From assembly GCA_016748015.1 (NCBI GenBank), contig JAAOMT010000586.1:913483-977482 (forward strand): 64,000 bases of DNA. The letters run 5' to 3'. A model generated the notes under the pieces. That model was not told the DNA's origin, did not search any database, and worked only from the letters and a program-made list of their open reading frames with translations. Both the position numbers and the translations under genes were made by a program. Positions 40,451-52,654 of this stretch are shown one piece after another (the first letter of the stretch is position 1; each line of letters begins with the position of its first letter). The stretch comes from Geosiphon pyriformis uo1 (Eukaryota > Fungi > Glomeromycota).

Positions 40451-40978
40451 CCCGCTAAGCAACTTGAAACTTGATAATTATTTGACTGTGCAATATTTGA
40501 TTGGTTAAATATTTACTTCGCATCAATAGTCAAATGGTTGAATCCGCCTTAGGACAATTTAGGATTGTCTAGTAGAATGGACATGTTGTAATAATATTAT
40601 AATTATAATTTTTGAGGAGAATCAGTATTTTTAGTGCTTCTGTGCATTACATGAACTAACCGCTAGCCGTCTTATAATAGAATTTAAATAGTAGTTTTGC
40701 TCGAATTTCGATCCTTTAACATCACGAATATAAGTATCATACCTTTCTAATTTTCCATAAACGGGTACAACAATCATTGAGCAAATTTTTTTGATTGAAT
40801 CGGTAAACATACCTGATTCATGAAACAGACTATTTCTCTTAAGATGGTGTAAATAAGCTTACAGTGATGTGATGCAATGAAAATATGCATTTTTTATTTA
40901 TAGAAATTTTAGGTTTAACAGGATAAACACCTGAAAAGTCATCTAAAATATACAGTTCACTCATAAATTAACTAACCT

Positions 40979-43606
40979 TTATATACTCAGATCTTTTAAA
41001 GCTTTTTTGAGTTTATCATGCATTTCACTACCCTCAAAAGAGTTCTTCGTCCGACCGATCAAGGTTCTAAGCAAGGATTTTGCTTGATATCGCCAATCTT
41101 TACATACCAACTCTTCAATGGTGTTTCCCATGCTCTTGATTTCTGTAGCATTTGTTGCTGCCGCCGATTGTTGATCTACTGGTTTGATTACTTTCAACTC
41201 GCCCAAATTCTGGTAAGTTTCAACAACTTCTAGTGCTGCTGTGGCTGCTTGATCAAAAACCTCAGCAGACGTTTCTAAACGTGGATCGTGCAAGAAACAT
41301 CGATAAGCTTTTAAAAGAGCCTCCAAAGTGAGATCATATCTTTTCTGGGAGAACCAAAAGTTCCCGCAGATGCGCCAGATTTTAGGGTTGTTAGTAACAC
41401 GCGAAGTAATCCCCTCAAAGAGCAGCCGTTCAACTTTGGGCACGAGAAATTTAACATTGTTTTTATCAGCATCAAGAATTCCTTGGGTTACCGAATTCAC
41501 AATAATTTCTAGAACCTCAATATCAACACACTTTTCTTTCTCTTTTTGCCATAATAAGTCTACTACACGTTGCATAGCACGTATGGCTTCTGAAAATTCA
41601 CCTATATCAATGGCGGTATACATATAGTTGGTCCATACCTTCCAATTATCGTAATTTTGTTTTAATGCTTGTTGGAAAGCATTAAAAGCGTCCATTTTAC
41701 GATCTTGTTTTAAAAAGATCGATGCAAGATTGTTCCATGCCTCGGAATTTTCTGAATCAATAGTAATAACTCGCAGGAAGGCATTTATAGCTATATCCCA
41801 ATCATCAATACGCATTGCAGCACAACCTTGAATAAACCAGGAGTTTTCAAACAACGGATTTATTTGGAGGGCCTTTTTATAACAATCAATCGATTTTTGA
41901 TATTGTTGCTGTTGAAACCAATGACTGCCGAGGGACCGCATAGCTCGCGCAAAACGATAATTAGAGATTTCCCATGCATATTCCCAGTGCTTTGGATCTT
42001 TTTCAATATCACCTAAAATACAATAAAGCTTGGGCGATTTAGGCGTGATCTTGAGACGTTCATGTATTATACCCTTAGCCTTTTCTTCTTTTCCTAACAT
42101 GACATAACAATGAATCACTTCTTCCCACATTTCTAAGCGTTCAAATATCTCCAGGGCTGAACGGACCACTCCAAGAGACATAAAGCGTTCACCTAGCTCT
42201 TTTTCCATGTCCCATTTAGATGGTAAAAGAATTTGATAAAAGTATTCAATTCTTTCATGTGCACTAGAAATCTCAAGTGGAAACTGATCTACTAATGCTT
42301 GCAATTGAAGAGCAGATCGTTCTACAGTACGTGACTTTTCTTTTTCTAATCGTGATCTTAGCAATAGAGCCATCGTATGTACCATCCAGTTGTTTGGATT
42401 TTCGAGAACACGAGAGACATAAGGAATCATTTGTTCAGTGGTGATACCATGAGCTGGATTTGTATTTTTTATATTTAAACAAAAAGCTAGAAGAATACAT
42501 TGATCAATTATTTTTAGATTACTCTGGTTTTCTGGATTGGTTTCGATTTCATCGGCTTCATATTCGTTCTCCATGGTTTCATTGATCTGGCTATACTTTC
42601 GAAATTTTATTTTTTCAAGAAGCGTGTCATCATCAAGAGGTAAATTATCAGGAAGCTTATTTGGTCTGCTTTCCTCAGGTTGGATATTGTTATTGGAATG
42701 GCTGCTAGCAACAAGCAAAAGTTGAGAGACATCAAAGGTTTGAAACCTTGTGCGTCTGCCTAAAGCACCTGTTATCTTCCATTTTAAGCCACTTGCTCGT
42801 TGCGCTTTGACAAAATGATCAAGAGCTAAGGCGTCTTGATTATAATAATGATAAATAAATCCACATTCAATATGATAACGAACGTGGACTAATGCAATCT
42901 CCTCAGAAAAATCGGGGAGTGAAGTCTCAAGCGATCCAATGCATTCGATGATAGGGCGTCGTAAAGACGCCGCGTTATTATCTAAAATTCGTTGTTGCAA
43001 AAATAATGCTCTCATCGCCCACCAGTTTTTAGTCTTTAAATCCTTCAACAAAGAAATATTATCTACAAGAATAGTACGAGCAATCAACAAAAAAAGTGCA
43101 TTTGGTGTCAAGTGATAAGCCTGTTCTCCATCTGCCTCTAAAGAATCTATAGCCCTCTTGTTTAGTTCAATACTTCCGATTCTCATATATTTGGGCAAAA
43201 TATCCTGTGGTTCTAATTCAAAGACTGGTCCAGTCCATCCGGTTTGAACAAAAGCATTGATAAAGCTAACAGCGATGCAAAGTACCTGAAGCTGTTTGAC
43301 CAAAGGGTGCTCATGATTAAACTCTTCTATCTCCTGAAAATAAAGTTGAAGTTGTCGAGAGATATAGGTAGAAATCTCAATGGTTTGAGATGACTCTTCT
43401 GCTGCTTCCCTAGCCAACACAGTTGTTTCCGAACTCAAATCACTTCCAAGTAGTAAGCGGACAGTATTTGAAGTTAGGACATTTTCGTATTGGCCATCAA
43501 TCAATTTAGAAACAAGTGTGGCAACATTAAGGTGGGCTTCTTCTTTTACTGGTTTACCCGAAATTAGGGACCATTCGAGCTTTTCAATTTTTGCTTCGAG
43601 CGACAT
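40979..43606 (-). CDS. EMW1: TPR-repeat protein TTC27/EMW1 family (intronless, 875 aa)
   Basis: GALGRRTRFQ, NWMVHTMALLLRSRLE...VERSALQLQALVDQ, TPR array. Confidence 0.88.
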   Translation of the reverse strand: MSLEAKIEKLEWSLISGKPVKEEAHLNVATLVSKLIDGQYENVLTSNTVRLLLGSDLSSETTVLAREAAEESSQTIEISTYISRQLQLYFQEIEEFNHEHPLVKQLQVLCIAVSFINAFVQTGWTGPVFELEPQDILPKYMRIGSIELNKRAIDSLEADGEQAYHLTPNALFLLIARTILVDNISLLKDLKTKNWWAMRALFLQQRILDNNAASLRRPIIECIGSLETSLPDFSEEIALVHVRYHIECGFIYHYYNQDALALDHFVKAQRASGLKWKITGALGRRTRFQTFDVSQLLLVASSHSNNNIQPEESRPNKLPDNLPLDDDTLLEKIKFRKYSQINETMENEYEADEIETNPENQSNLKIIDQCILLAFCLNIKNTNPAHGITTEQMIPYVSRVLENPNNWMVHTMALLLRSRLEKEKSRTVERSALQLQALVDQFPLEISSAHERIEYFYQILLPSKWDMEKELGERFMSLGVVRSALEIFERLEMWEEVIHCYVMLGKEEKAKGIIHERLKITPKSPKLYCILGDIEKDPKHWEYAWEISNYRFARAMRSLGSHWFQQQQYQKSIDCYKKALQINPLFENSWFIQGCAAMRIDDWDIAINAFLRVITIDSENSEAWNNLASIFLKQDRKMDAFNAFQQALKQNYDNWKVWTNYMYTAIDIGEFSEAIRAMQRVVDLLWQKEKEKCVDIEVLEIIVNSVTQGILDADKNNVKFLVPKVERLLFEGITSRVTNNPKIWRICGNFWFSQKRYDLTLEALLKAYRCFLHDPRLETSAEVFDQAATAALEVVETYQNLGELKVIKPVDQQSAAATNATEIKSMGNTIEELVCKDWRYQAKSLLRTLIGRTKNSFEGSEMHDKLKKALKDLSI

Positions 43607-43909
43607 TTAATTCACGAAATTTTTAGTGAGCCCAAATGTGATTTGCCGATCCCAATTCTTTATAGACAAATCATGTAAATAAAATTTAAATATTCACATT
43701 TATTTAGCATTACAACGTTTTTCAAAGTTCTCCAAAAATTAGTCATTCATAGGCGGTATGGATCAAGATTTAATTTATTACGATTTCCAATATTCAGTCT
43801 AGTACCATTTTTCATTTGCCATTCAAAGACCTTAGGAAATGAATGAAGTCAAGTCAGATTTCTCTAATCGTGATTCTAAGATGGAGAAATTATACTCCCC
43901 ACGTTAACC

Positions 43910-44746
43910 TTATATCAACCTCTTGTAGGTCAAATCATGAGGAGACCAGTTTGTGCGATATTGATTCATGGCAGCACGATGAATCCCCCTGGTCTTTGCA
44001 AATTCTTTGTATTTCCACTCCCACCACTTCGCCAATTTTTGCATCTCATTCTCAGTTTTCTTATCATATTTGTTGATATACTTCTCCAACTCGGTTTCCT
44101 CTTCCCTTTCATCTTCACCTTTCCCTTCACCGACCACCTCGATATACTTCAATTCGTTATCAGGCGTCTGACGATATAAAAAAACTTGGTCAGGTTCATC
44201 GCTGAACCTAAAGTTCAGGCTCTCCGCATTCCGGAAGCGTAATTTGTCAGCCCTCCTGAGGACACCCCAAGGTGATAAATTCTCTTCGTTGGCACTGAAT
44301 TTGATGTATCTCATGCGCTTGATTCTTTTTTGACGCCTTTTCTTTTCAGCAGCCTCGAGCCACTGTAAGAAGTGTTTCCTAACTAATCTCTTCTTGCGTT
44401 TTTTTTGAAATTCGAGAATGAGCTTATTAGAATTTTTAATCTCTTCGACCTTTGCCCTCCATTTATTAAAGTATTTTCGTTGGAGGTGGTATCTAGTCGC
44501 AAGGTCAGGGTATGAACCAGGAATTATAGGCCACTTGGGGGCTTGTTGCTGTAGATGGATAACATATTTGTCCTCTTCCTCAACGCTGAGTAAAGAGCTT
44601 TTTGAACAAAGAGTTTTAATTCCACTCAATAAGTTGCTAAAATGAGTTATAACAGCAGTCTTAACTACTTTAGCTGGCCTTTTGAAAGGATCGAAACGGG
44701 TGCTTTTAAAGGTACCAGGAGTGCTTTCGCTACGGACAGGGGGCAT
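43910..44746 (-). CDS. Hypothetical basic protein (278 aa) with two Sfi1-like repeats
   Basis: Uninterrupted ORF with gene-like composition inside the gene island; LQRKYFNKW and LVRKHFLQW motifs. Confidence 0.65.
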   Translation of the reverse strand: MPPVRSESTPGTFKSTRFDPFKRPAKVVKTAVITHFSNLLSGIKTLCSKSSLLSVEEEDKYVIHLQQQAPKWPIIPGSYPDLATRYHLQRKYFNKWRAKVEEIKNSNKLILEFQKKRKKRLVRKHFLQWLEAAEKKRRQKRIKRMRYIKFSANEENLSPWGVLRRADKLRFRNAESLNFRFSDEPDQVFLYRQTPDNELKYIEVVGEGKGEDEREEETELEKYINKYDKKTENEMQKLAKWWEWKYKEFAKTRGIHRAAMNQYRTNWSPHDLTYKRLI

Positions 44747-44941
44747 CGTGAGGCTATGAACTTCTTTGCTTCGAGTTTCCTAGCTTGAATTTTTTATTTC
44801 AAAGATCGACCGGGCGGAATGTTATGATTTATCGATCGCTGATCATTATCTGTTATTGTCATGATGTATATATATATATACGCAGGACTTTTTAGAGAAC
44901 TTGACATTGTTTCCTGGAAGTAAAACAAGTAAAATTTCAAA

Positions 44942-45806
44942 ATGGATTTTCAGAACAGAGTAGGTTAGTATTTATCGGCTTCTTTTTCGATTCAATGAAA
45001 GTTAATTTTCGCAGTTTATAGCCTTTTTCCTAATACATTAAATATTTTTATGTAAAGGTTCTAAGGTAGGTAGTGGAGGGGTTGCTGGGTACTCTGAAAC
45101 AAATGTTGATCGACGTGAACGTCTTCGTAAACTTGCGTTGGAGACTATTGATCTGAACAAAGACCCATATTTTATGAAAAATCATTTGGGGTCTTATGAA
45201 TGCAAATTATGTTTGACGTTGCACACAAATGAGGGTAGTTATCTTGCCCACACTCAAGGCAAAAAACACCAAACTAATTTGGCTCGAAGGGCGGCACGTG
45301 AAGCCAAAGAGAACAATAATATACAACCAGCGTTGCAAGCTGCTGCTAAAATTCAAGTTAGAAAAAATATGGTAAAGATTGGTCGGCCTGGTTATAAAGT
45401 TACCAAAGTTCGTGATCCTATCACGCGACAGCTTGGTCTTTTGTTTCAAATTCAATATCCAGAGATCGGAACAGATGTCATCCCTAGACACCGATTCATG
45501 TCTGCGTATGAACAGCGTATCGAGCCGCCCAACAAGGCTCATCAATATTTGTTGTTTGCTGCAGAGCCTTATGAAACTATTTCATTCAAAGTTCAAAGTA
45601 AAGAGGTGGATAAAGGTGAAGGAAAGTTTTTTACTCATTGGGACCCGGATTCAAAGCAATTTTCATTGCAATTCTTTTTCAAAAATGATCGCCCAAGCAT
45701 TTATTCTGAAGGAGTCCCACCAGGTTTGGAACGTGCTCCCATCGCAAACCCGTTAAATCCTTACAATGCGCCAGTCATGCGAGGACCTACTTACGTACAC
45801 GGTTAA
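44942..45806 (+). CDS. SF3A2: Splicing factor 3A subunit 2 (SAP62/Prp11), 2 exons
   Basis: MDFQNRV/GSK.GSGGVA...RRERLRKLALETIDL.KDPY; matrin zinc finger CKLC...HTQGKKH; KIGRPGYKVTK. Confidence 0.97.
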
Positions 45807-45981
45807 GAATGATTCGAGTCATAGAATTATAGACAATAATAATCATGACAAGCAATTTGTCTAAACAAATTGGATTTTTAACTAATTTCTAAAAATATCC
45901 TCTTTGGACTAATCGGTTTGATTAAAGTATCCGCTATATAAATAAATTAACCTAAAGGAAAATGCCCAACAAAAAAAAAAC

Positions 45982-47538
45982 TTAAAAGCTCATAGCACAT
46001 ATGGAACTATATTTTGACTTTTTATCTTTAGCATTATACTGGCACCATAATGATCTAATAGAATATTAGATATTTTAATAACAGCTCATAATTCATAATT
46101 TGAAAATTTAAATAGCCTACCTGATAACTGTGTAAACGGGAGTTCTTGTTTATCTTCTGAGGAATTAGTAAAAAATTTCTCAATCTTCGTTTGTTCTAAA
46201 TCTACGTTTATTAGCCTCTTGTTTAAGATAAGATTATCGTCGTCAGTTTTCTCATCAATCAAGAGGATATAATCTAAACTAGCCGTGGTCTTCCAATCAC
46301 TTTTGCTAGTCAAGACAGTCTCACGGGGTTGAACATGGCCTTTTTCATCAGTAAACACATCTCCAAATGTTACTGGATGAAAATTATATCGTTGCCACAA
46401 GAGATCATGGACATTTATAATTGTGGGTGCCGTATAACGCATATCGTCTGATGCATTAAGTTTCGGATTGGCCAGAGGCGCTTCAATTCCTTCCCCACAA
46501 AGGATTTTTATCATGCATTTGTATTCTGTACTGTCTCCTTTCACCACTTCCGGATTTGAAGGATCGAATTGTGGGCGTCCATTGACATTGAGATCTCCCA
46601 TCAAAATTATAAGTTCTTCGGGTTTTCGACCTGAATGGATGGTACATTTATCAATAAACTCTCGGAGCATGGCAAATTGTCGGTGACGAATTATTACCGA
46701 TTGGTCATTTGGTGCGGGTGCTGAAGTATAAGATGCTTGTGTGTGTGTCACAAAAATGTGAATGAAGTTCGTTTGAGTAATTCCCACCTTGGCATATAAG
46801 GCCCCTTTGTCTGAAAACCTTGATTAATTATATCAAATAAAATGAATTTAATAAACAAAGAATAAATCCACTGAAACGTGGTGCAACATTCTCCTACAAA
46901 TACCCAAACTACGTGATTCCTTTGGGCCATAAATCTATATTTGTTTATGGTAGGATAGAGTTTAAGCTGAATTGGAATCACCAGTTTGATAGGAAAAAAA
47001 GATGCAGAAAAACAAGGTGATGCCACAAAGAATTATAATAATCACCCGAAAACAAATAGCAAAGAGTAAGAAATCTCTTTGATATTCTTGGACGCTAACT
47101 AACTTACCTATCAGAATAACAGCCAACCGGATAAACCATGTAATCACATTCACGTAAAGGGAATTTACTCAATAGCACCAAACCACCATCGATACTTCCA
47201 CTAAACAAACTTTTTGCAGGCGATGACCAGGAAAATTTAAAGCCAGCCTTGTAGGCAGCTTCTAACAACCTGTGCCGCCGACTGCTGCCAAATTGAAACA
47301 TCTCTTGCAAACATATAATGTCGAACTTGGGAAGCACATGTTCTATAAAGTACGCGAGCCGTGCTTCTTTGTGATCACTAGCATTGTTACGAATGAGTGG
47401 TGGTCGCATGAAAAAATTCACGGTTAGAATTCGGACTTTGTCTGCTACTGCACCGTTTTCATTACTCTTTATAGAGTCAATGGAAATAGTGGAAACACAA
47501 GCCGAAGTTTCGTCCACATTCGTTACAAGTTCCAACAT
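45982..47538 (-). CDS. Neutral sphingomyelinase-like endonuclease/exonuclease/phosphatase (EEP) enzyme, 3 exons
   Basis: LTVN, DIICLQE.F, GGLVLLSKFP, THTQA, MGDLNV, LDYIL, SDHYG motifs. Confidence 0.85.
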
Positions 47539-47892
47539 TTACAGTCTGGGCACGCTTGAAATTCGATAATTTGTTGTAGTAATTTTGAGCTGTGAATTCT
47601 AATACTGAAAGCTACACGCGAAACCTTAAAAATTTTGCTGTATATTTTAAAAAAATGCCAAGAAAGCTGGATCACAAGTTTCATTTAATGAATTCGTACT
47701 CCGATCAGCATAGGTACCGGGATTTGGACCGGGGGCATCTATTTGATTCGGTGAAGCTTGGGAACTTACCTACAATTTGTCTCTTCTCAAGAACCTCAAA
47801 AGGCTGAATCTGCTAGTAGCGCACCACTTTACCGCATTTATAACCTCCAAAAGAACCGTGTAACTTAACCTTGCGTTTTAAACCTTTAAAAT

Positions 47893-48690
<798 letters not shown>

Positions 48691-49495
48691 ATACCATCTC
48701 TTCTCATTAATTAAAACTAATATGAATATAATTGCATCCGATCAATATCTCTACCATCGCCTTCATTAGCGATCTCGAACAAGAGAAGAGAACAATAGAT
48801 GTGTGTTTTATAAATCCCAAGTGCATTTTACATTGAAACCCTGCTCTTTTTATACTGTTTCATAAATTCAACTCCTGATCTTCTGTCTAGAATAAATAAT
48901 TTATTTCTATACTCCATTCATAATTCATGAGTATAGTAAACATGAACGTTTAAAAATTATTATTGAAGAATATGCATATACTCAGGAAAGATGAGATGGG
49001 GCCGGATGAGAGAAAACTAATTGCAATACTATGAATGAAAGACCACTATGATCGCATCAAAAAAATTCAATGAGTTCAACTACAAGCGAATAAGAACAAT
49101 ATTGTAACTTACTTTAGGTACAGTATATTTCAAAATTTAAAAATCTTGTAATGATTCATCGTCAAGCCAAATCCGAAGATATATCTTGACCAACCATCTT
49201 ATACGTCCTAGAACTCTGAAAACTTTGCATGTATCAGTTTTAATCAAAACAGAAATAAATGGCTGATTACTTTGACTTAAGTAATTATCCAATCAATAAT
49301 CCAATATTCGAAAAGAATGAGAAAAGTAAAGACTAAATTAATCGGACCTGGATCAAAAATGCATGCAATACTTGCAACTAGTAATGATCCAAAGAATACA
49401 AAGCATTATAACAAAAAACAAAAATTTAAAGCAAAAATAGTGTTTAAAAATAAAAAAAATGAAAAGAGTATTTTATTTTTTGACAAAAAATTTAT

Positions 49496-49635
49496 TAGCT
49501 CCGGACGGGTCGGGTTGGGTTTTGACCTAAAAATAAAATTTTTGTTTACCAAGACATTTTTATTTAATAAACTTTGTTTTAGAATCTTTAAAATTGAACG
49601 ATTTTTAAATTTGATTCGACCCGTTCGGAGCACTA
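49496..49635. mobile_element. Small inverted-repeat element (MITE-like, possibly hAT-derived)
   Basis: GCTCCGGACGGGTCG (49498-49512) is the inverted repeat (1 mismatch) of CGACCCGTTCGGAGC (49617-49631); right end reads TAGTG on minus; AT-rich interior; no TSD seen. Confidence 0.55.
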
Positions 49636-50409
49636 AGCACAGTCAACAACTATTTTCAGTATAATTGAAATTGTTAAGATTACTAAAATAGTGAAAAAAC
49701 AATTTTACAATATATAAGCGAAACAAATCCTATTATTTACAAATAAATGATAATATACTAATAAACTAAATAACGTATCTGTATTAATATGTTAAATTAA
49801 GTATTTTTATTAATAAAATATATTATATTTAATTAGGCATATTTATTTATTATATTTTTTAAACATATATATAAACAAAAATTAATTCTTGTTTTTTATT
49901 TAACTAAAATAGTTTATAAACTTTATAAATAATAAATTAGTTCAATAAATTAAGATTTGTCCAAAAATATTTTCTAAATAAAAAATTTAAGCTATAAAAA
50001 TTCAGATTTAATTTAATAACACCCAAGAAAATGGAATTATAAAAAAAAATTTCAAAAAGTCAAAAATTCCTCTTGATCTTAACTATAATTATTCAATAAT
50101 CACATCAGTACATGAAATATGTAGATTTGATTTGTAACGTTCCCAGTTCATCTTTTATAGAATAGACAATTAGGTATGCATTTCATCATACAATACCCCT
50201 TTCAACAAGCAAGCACAGATAATACCTTTCAAGGAGTTGCCTCACACTATAACTGGGACCAGAAAATACTGTTAACTAAAATTACTTTCCTTATAATATC
50301 TAAATTGGATTCCTCTTTGGCCTCTTGCACTCCGGAATAATTTGAACTGTTGTATTATATCACGAGTTTTCTCAATATCATATAAGATGAATCCGCCCAA
50401 TGTACCAAA

Positions 50410-52445
50410 TCAAAAATGAGGGAGTTTTCTCGCTTCATCTAACTCGAGTGGTAAATCTAAACAAGGCAATTGCCCATTTGGTAGGCACCCTATGGGGCAA
50501 GGTACCCAGGAAGTTGCATCATACAGAGTCCAACCTGAGGAAGTAGATCTTTCATCTAACTCATTCGAGGTATCGCTTAACTTTTCCTATAAAAAGTCAA
50601 AGTTATTATAATTAACGTGTAAAACTGAAAGAGAATATATCCAATTGAGATCCACCTCTTTAAGCCTAATAATAATTTCTGAAAGTTGTGTTTCTAACGC
50701 GAGAATTTCTTTTCTGAATTCCTCATCGCTGATTTTTGGTATATCCTGAAAATTTGTGAATTTCTTTGTATCGAGTAAAGGGATTATTCAGTGTTTTTAT
50801 CGTTAAACTCATATTAAAGATTCTTATGACTTACATGATCTAGGCTTAATGTTTTATCAATATATTTTAAAAAAGGAACTACACTTGATCTTAATTCTAC
50901 GTCGCGTTCAGTTAGAAATTCCAGTATTATATACGTACTAATGGCAGTGTAAATATAAAAATAAATGATTTCATTTGATTTGAAAAATGTTTTACCGACC
51001 ACAAAATTTTTACAGGGGTCTTACAAAGAATTTGGCCGACGAAGACAAAATTCCAACACATTTTCCAAATCGATATCACCAAACGATGTGGATTTTTTGG
51101 CTAAGTGGATTTTCAGAATCTGATGTATCCACGCAACTATAAAATGGTTATAATGAAAATTAGTAATTATCTTGCTGGATTTTAACCCATACTTTTTTTT
51201 ACCTATAGTCAGCATATAGCTAGTGCTAGTAGTTGCTTCATCCTCAAAATCTGCATCCAACTTTTCCAGCATTATTTGCATTAATTCACTTCCGAAATTA
51301 GTCCAGGTTTCGTCAAATGACCGTAATATTGGTAACCATAGTTGCAATAGTTCTTCTGATAATAACAAATCAGGTAAAGTGGCGCGTTTTCTAAAGCAAA
51401 TTTGTCAATTCTTGACATTTAAATAAGGTTTAAAATTATCTCTTCATTCGAAGCATACCGTTTGCCTTTTGGCACTAGAAATCCCGATTCAAGTAGTACT
51501 GGTATAAGTAAATCCCCCAACATGTCAGGCCTGGTTAATTTTTGAATTTGTTTTACAAGTTTATTATTCAATAAAGAAGCAAGTCGAGGTGTTTCCTTGG
51601 ATTTGAGATCTAAAAAAACTCAAATGTTTGCAAAATTTAGCGGAAAAGAATTGAAGATTTAAACATATATTATCACCTTTCAGATATTGCTTTCTCAAAT
51701 CCTTATAATTGGCAATTAATAGACGAATATCATTGATTTGCGTATCGATCAACGGTTTTTGCGAAGCCCAATAATTATCGTCAAGCCATTTTATTGCCTA
51801 GATAATGAGATGATGAAAATTATCAAATTTCAAAATCTTCAATATATAATAAATAAAATGGCCATATTTTTTTAACCTGTCGAGATCCTCTTCGCAAAAG
51901 CTGTAAGCTTGGCAAAGCTTCGTGCGTTGCGGCATGGCGTAGTTCCACAAACCATAATGGCAGATCCAGCTTGGCTGCTAGTGTGGCGATAGATAGAGCA
52001 AATGTACCCTGTTGTGCAGGATCAACCATCCCATTGACAAACCTGAAAAAAGCAAATTTGTTGGTGAGAAACGGAGAAAATGAACATCAAAAAATCATGC
52101 ATACCTTGTGAACACCATAGAATATAAAAGACACAATTCGTTGAGTGAGATTTTTTCTGTTGAATGCTGGTCACGTAGCATTACCTCGACGAATGCCGCT
52201 GTACAAGTTACTGCGTGTGGAACTTTACCCCGACTGGCCCAAGCTTTTACCTTCAATTTAATTAAAGAATTGAATTAGCCGAGAAAAAGCCTGAAACCAA
52301 ATCAAAAGTCTTTTCAGCAAAATGAATGTATGACTCTTTTAACGCCTAGCTCTTGCATACGAGGAGATTCGGCATAAAGCCATTCGTAAACTTGTTGATA
52401 CTCTTCTGTTGAGGTCCATGGAACAATACGAGGGATACGAGACAT
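50410..52445 (-). CDS. LAS1: Las1 HEPN endoribonuclease (pre-rRNA ITS2 processing), multi-exon
   Basis: PRIVPW; AWASRGKVPHAV; YSM...RFVNG.VD..Q; VELRHAATH (RxxxxH); C-terminal W.P.PIG.L. Confidence 0.9.
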
Positions 52446-52654
52446 TTTAAAGTTGAAATTATAACTTAAAAAATTAATTTTTTAACAAGAGTCATGAAAA
52501 AAACTTAAATTTTACAATTTATATTTGGTTGCAAAATATAATAATACTTTGACCCAAAAATTAAAAATTAAATTTTTTAAATGACTATTTTATTTTTTGC
52601 TTTATTGAATATAGTTTTTTTTTGCAATTTACAATAATATTCATGCAATTTATG

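Noticed and set aside
41018-45756. Short antisense or alternate-frame ORFs overlapping EMW1, the orphan and SF3A2
   Set aside because: Shadow ORFs of real coding sequence without independent motifs.
46885-46985. Intronic structure as hammerhead, HDV-like ribozyme or TPP riboswitch
   Set aside because: Required conserved core nucleotides and spacings are absent; kept only as an unclassified structure.
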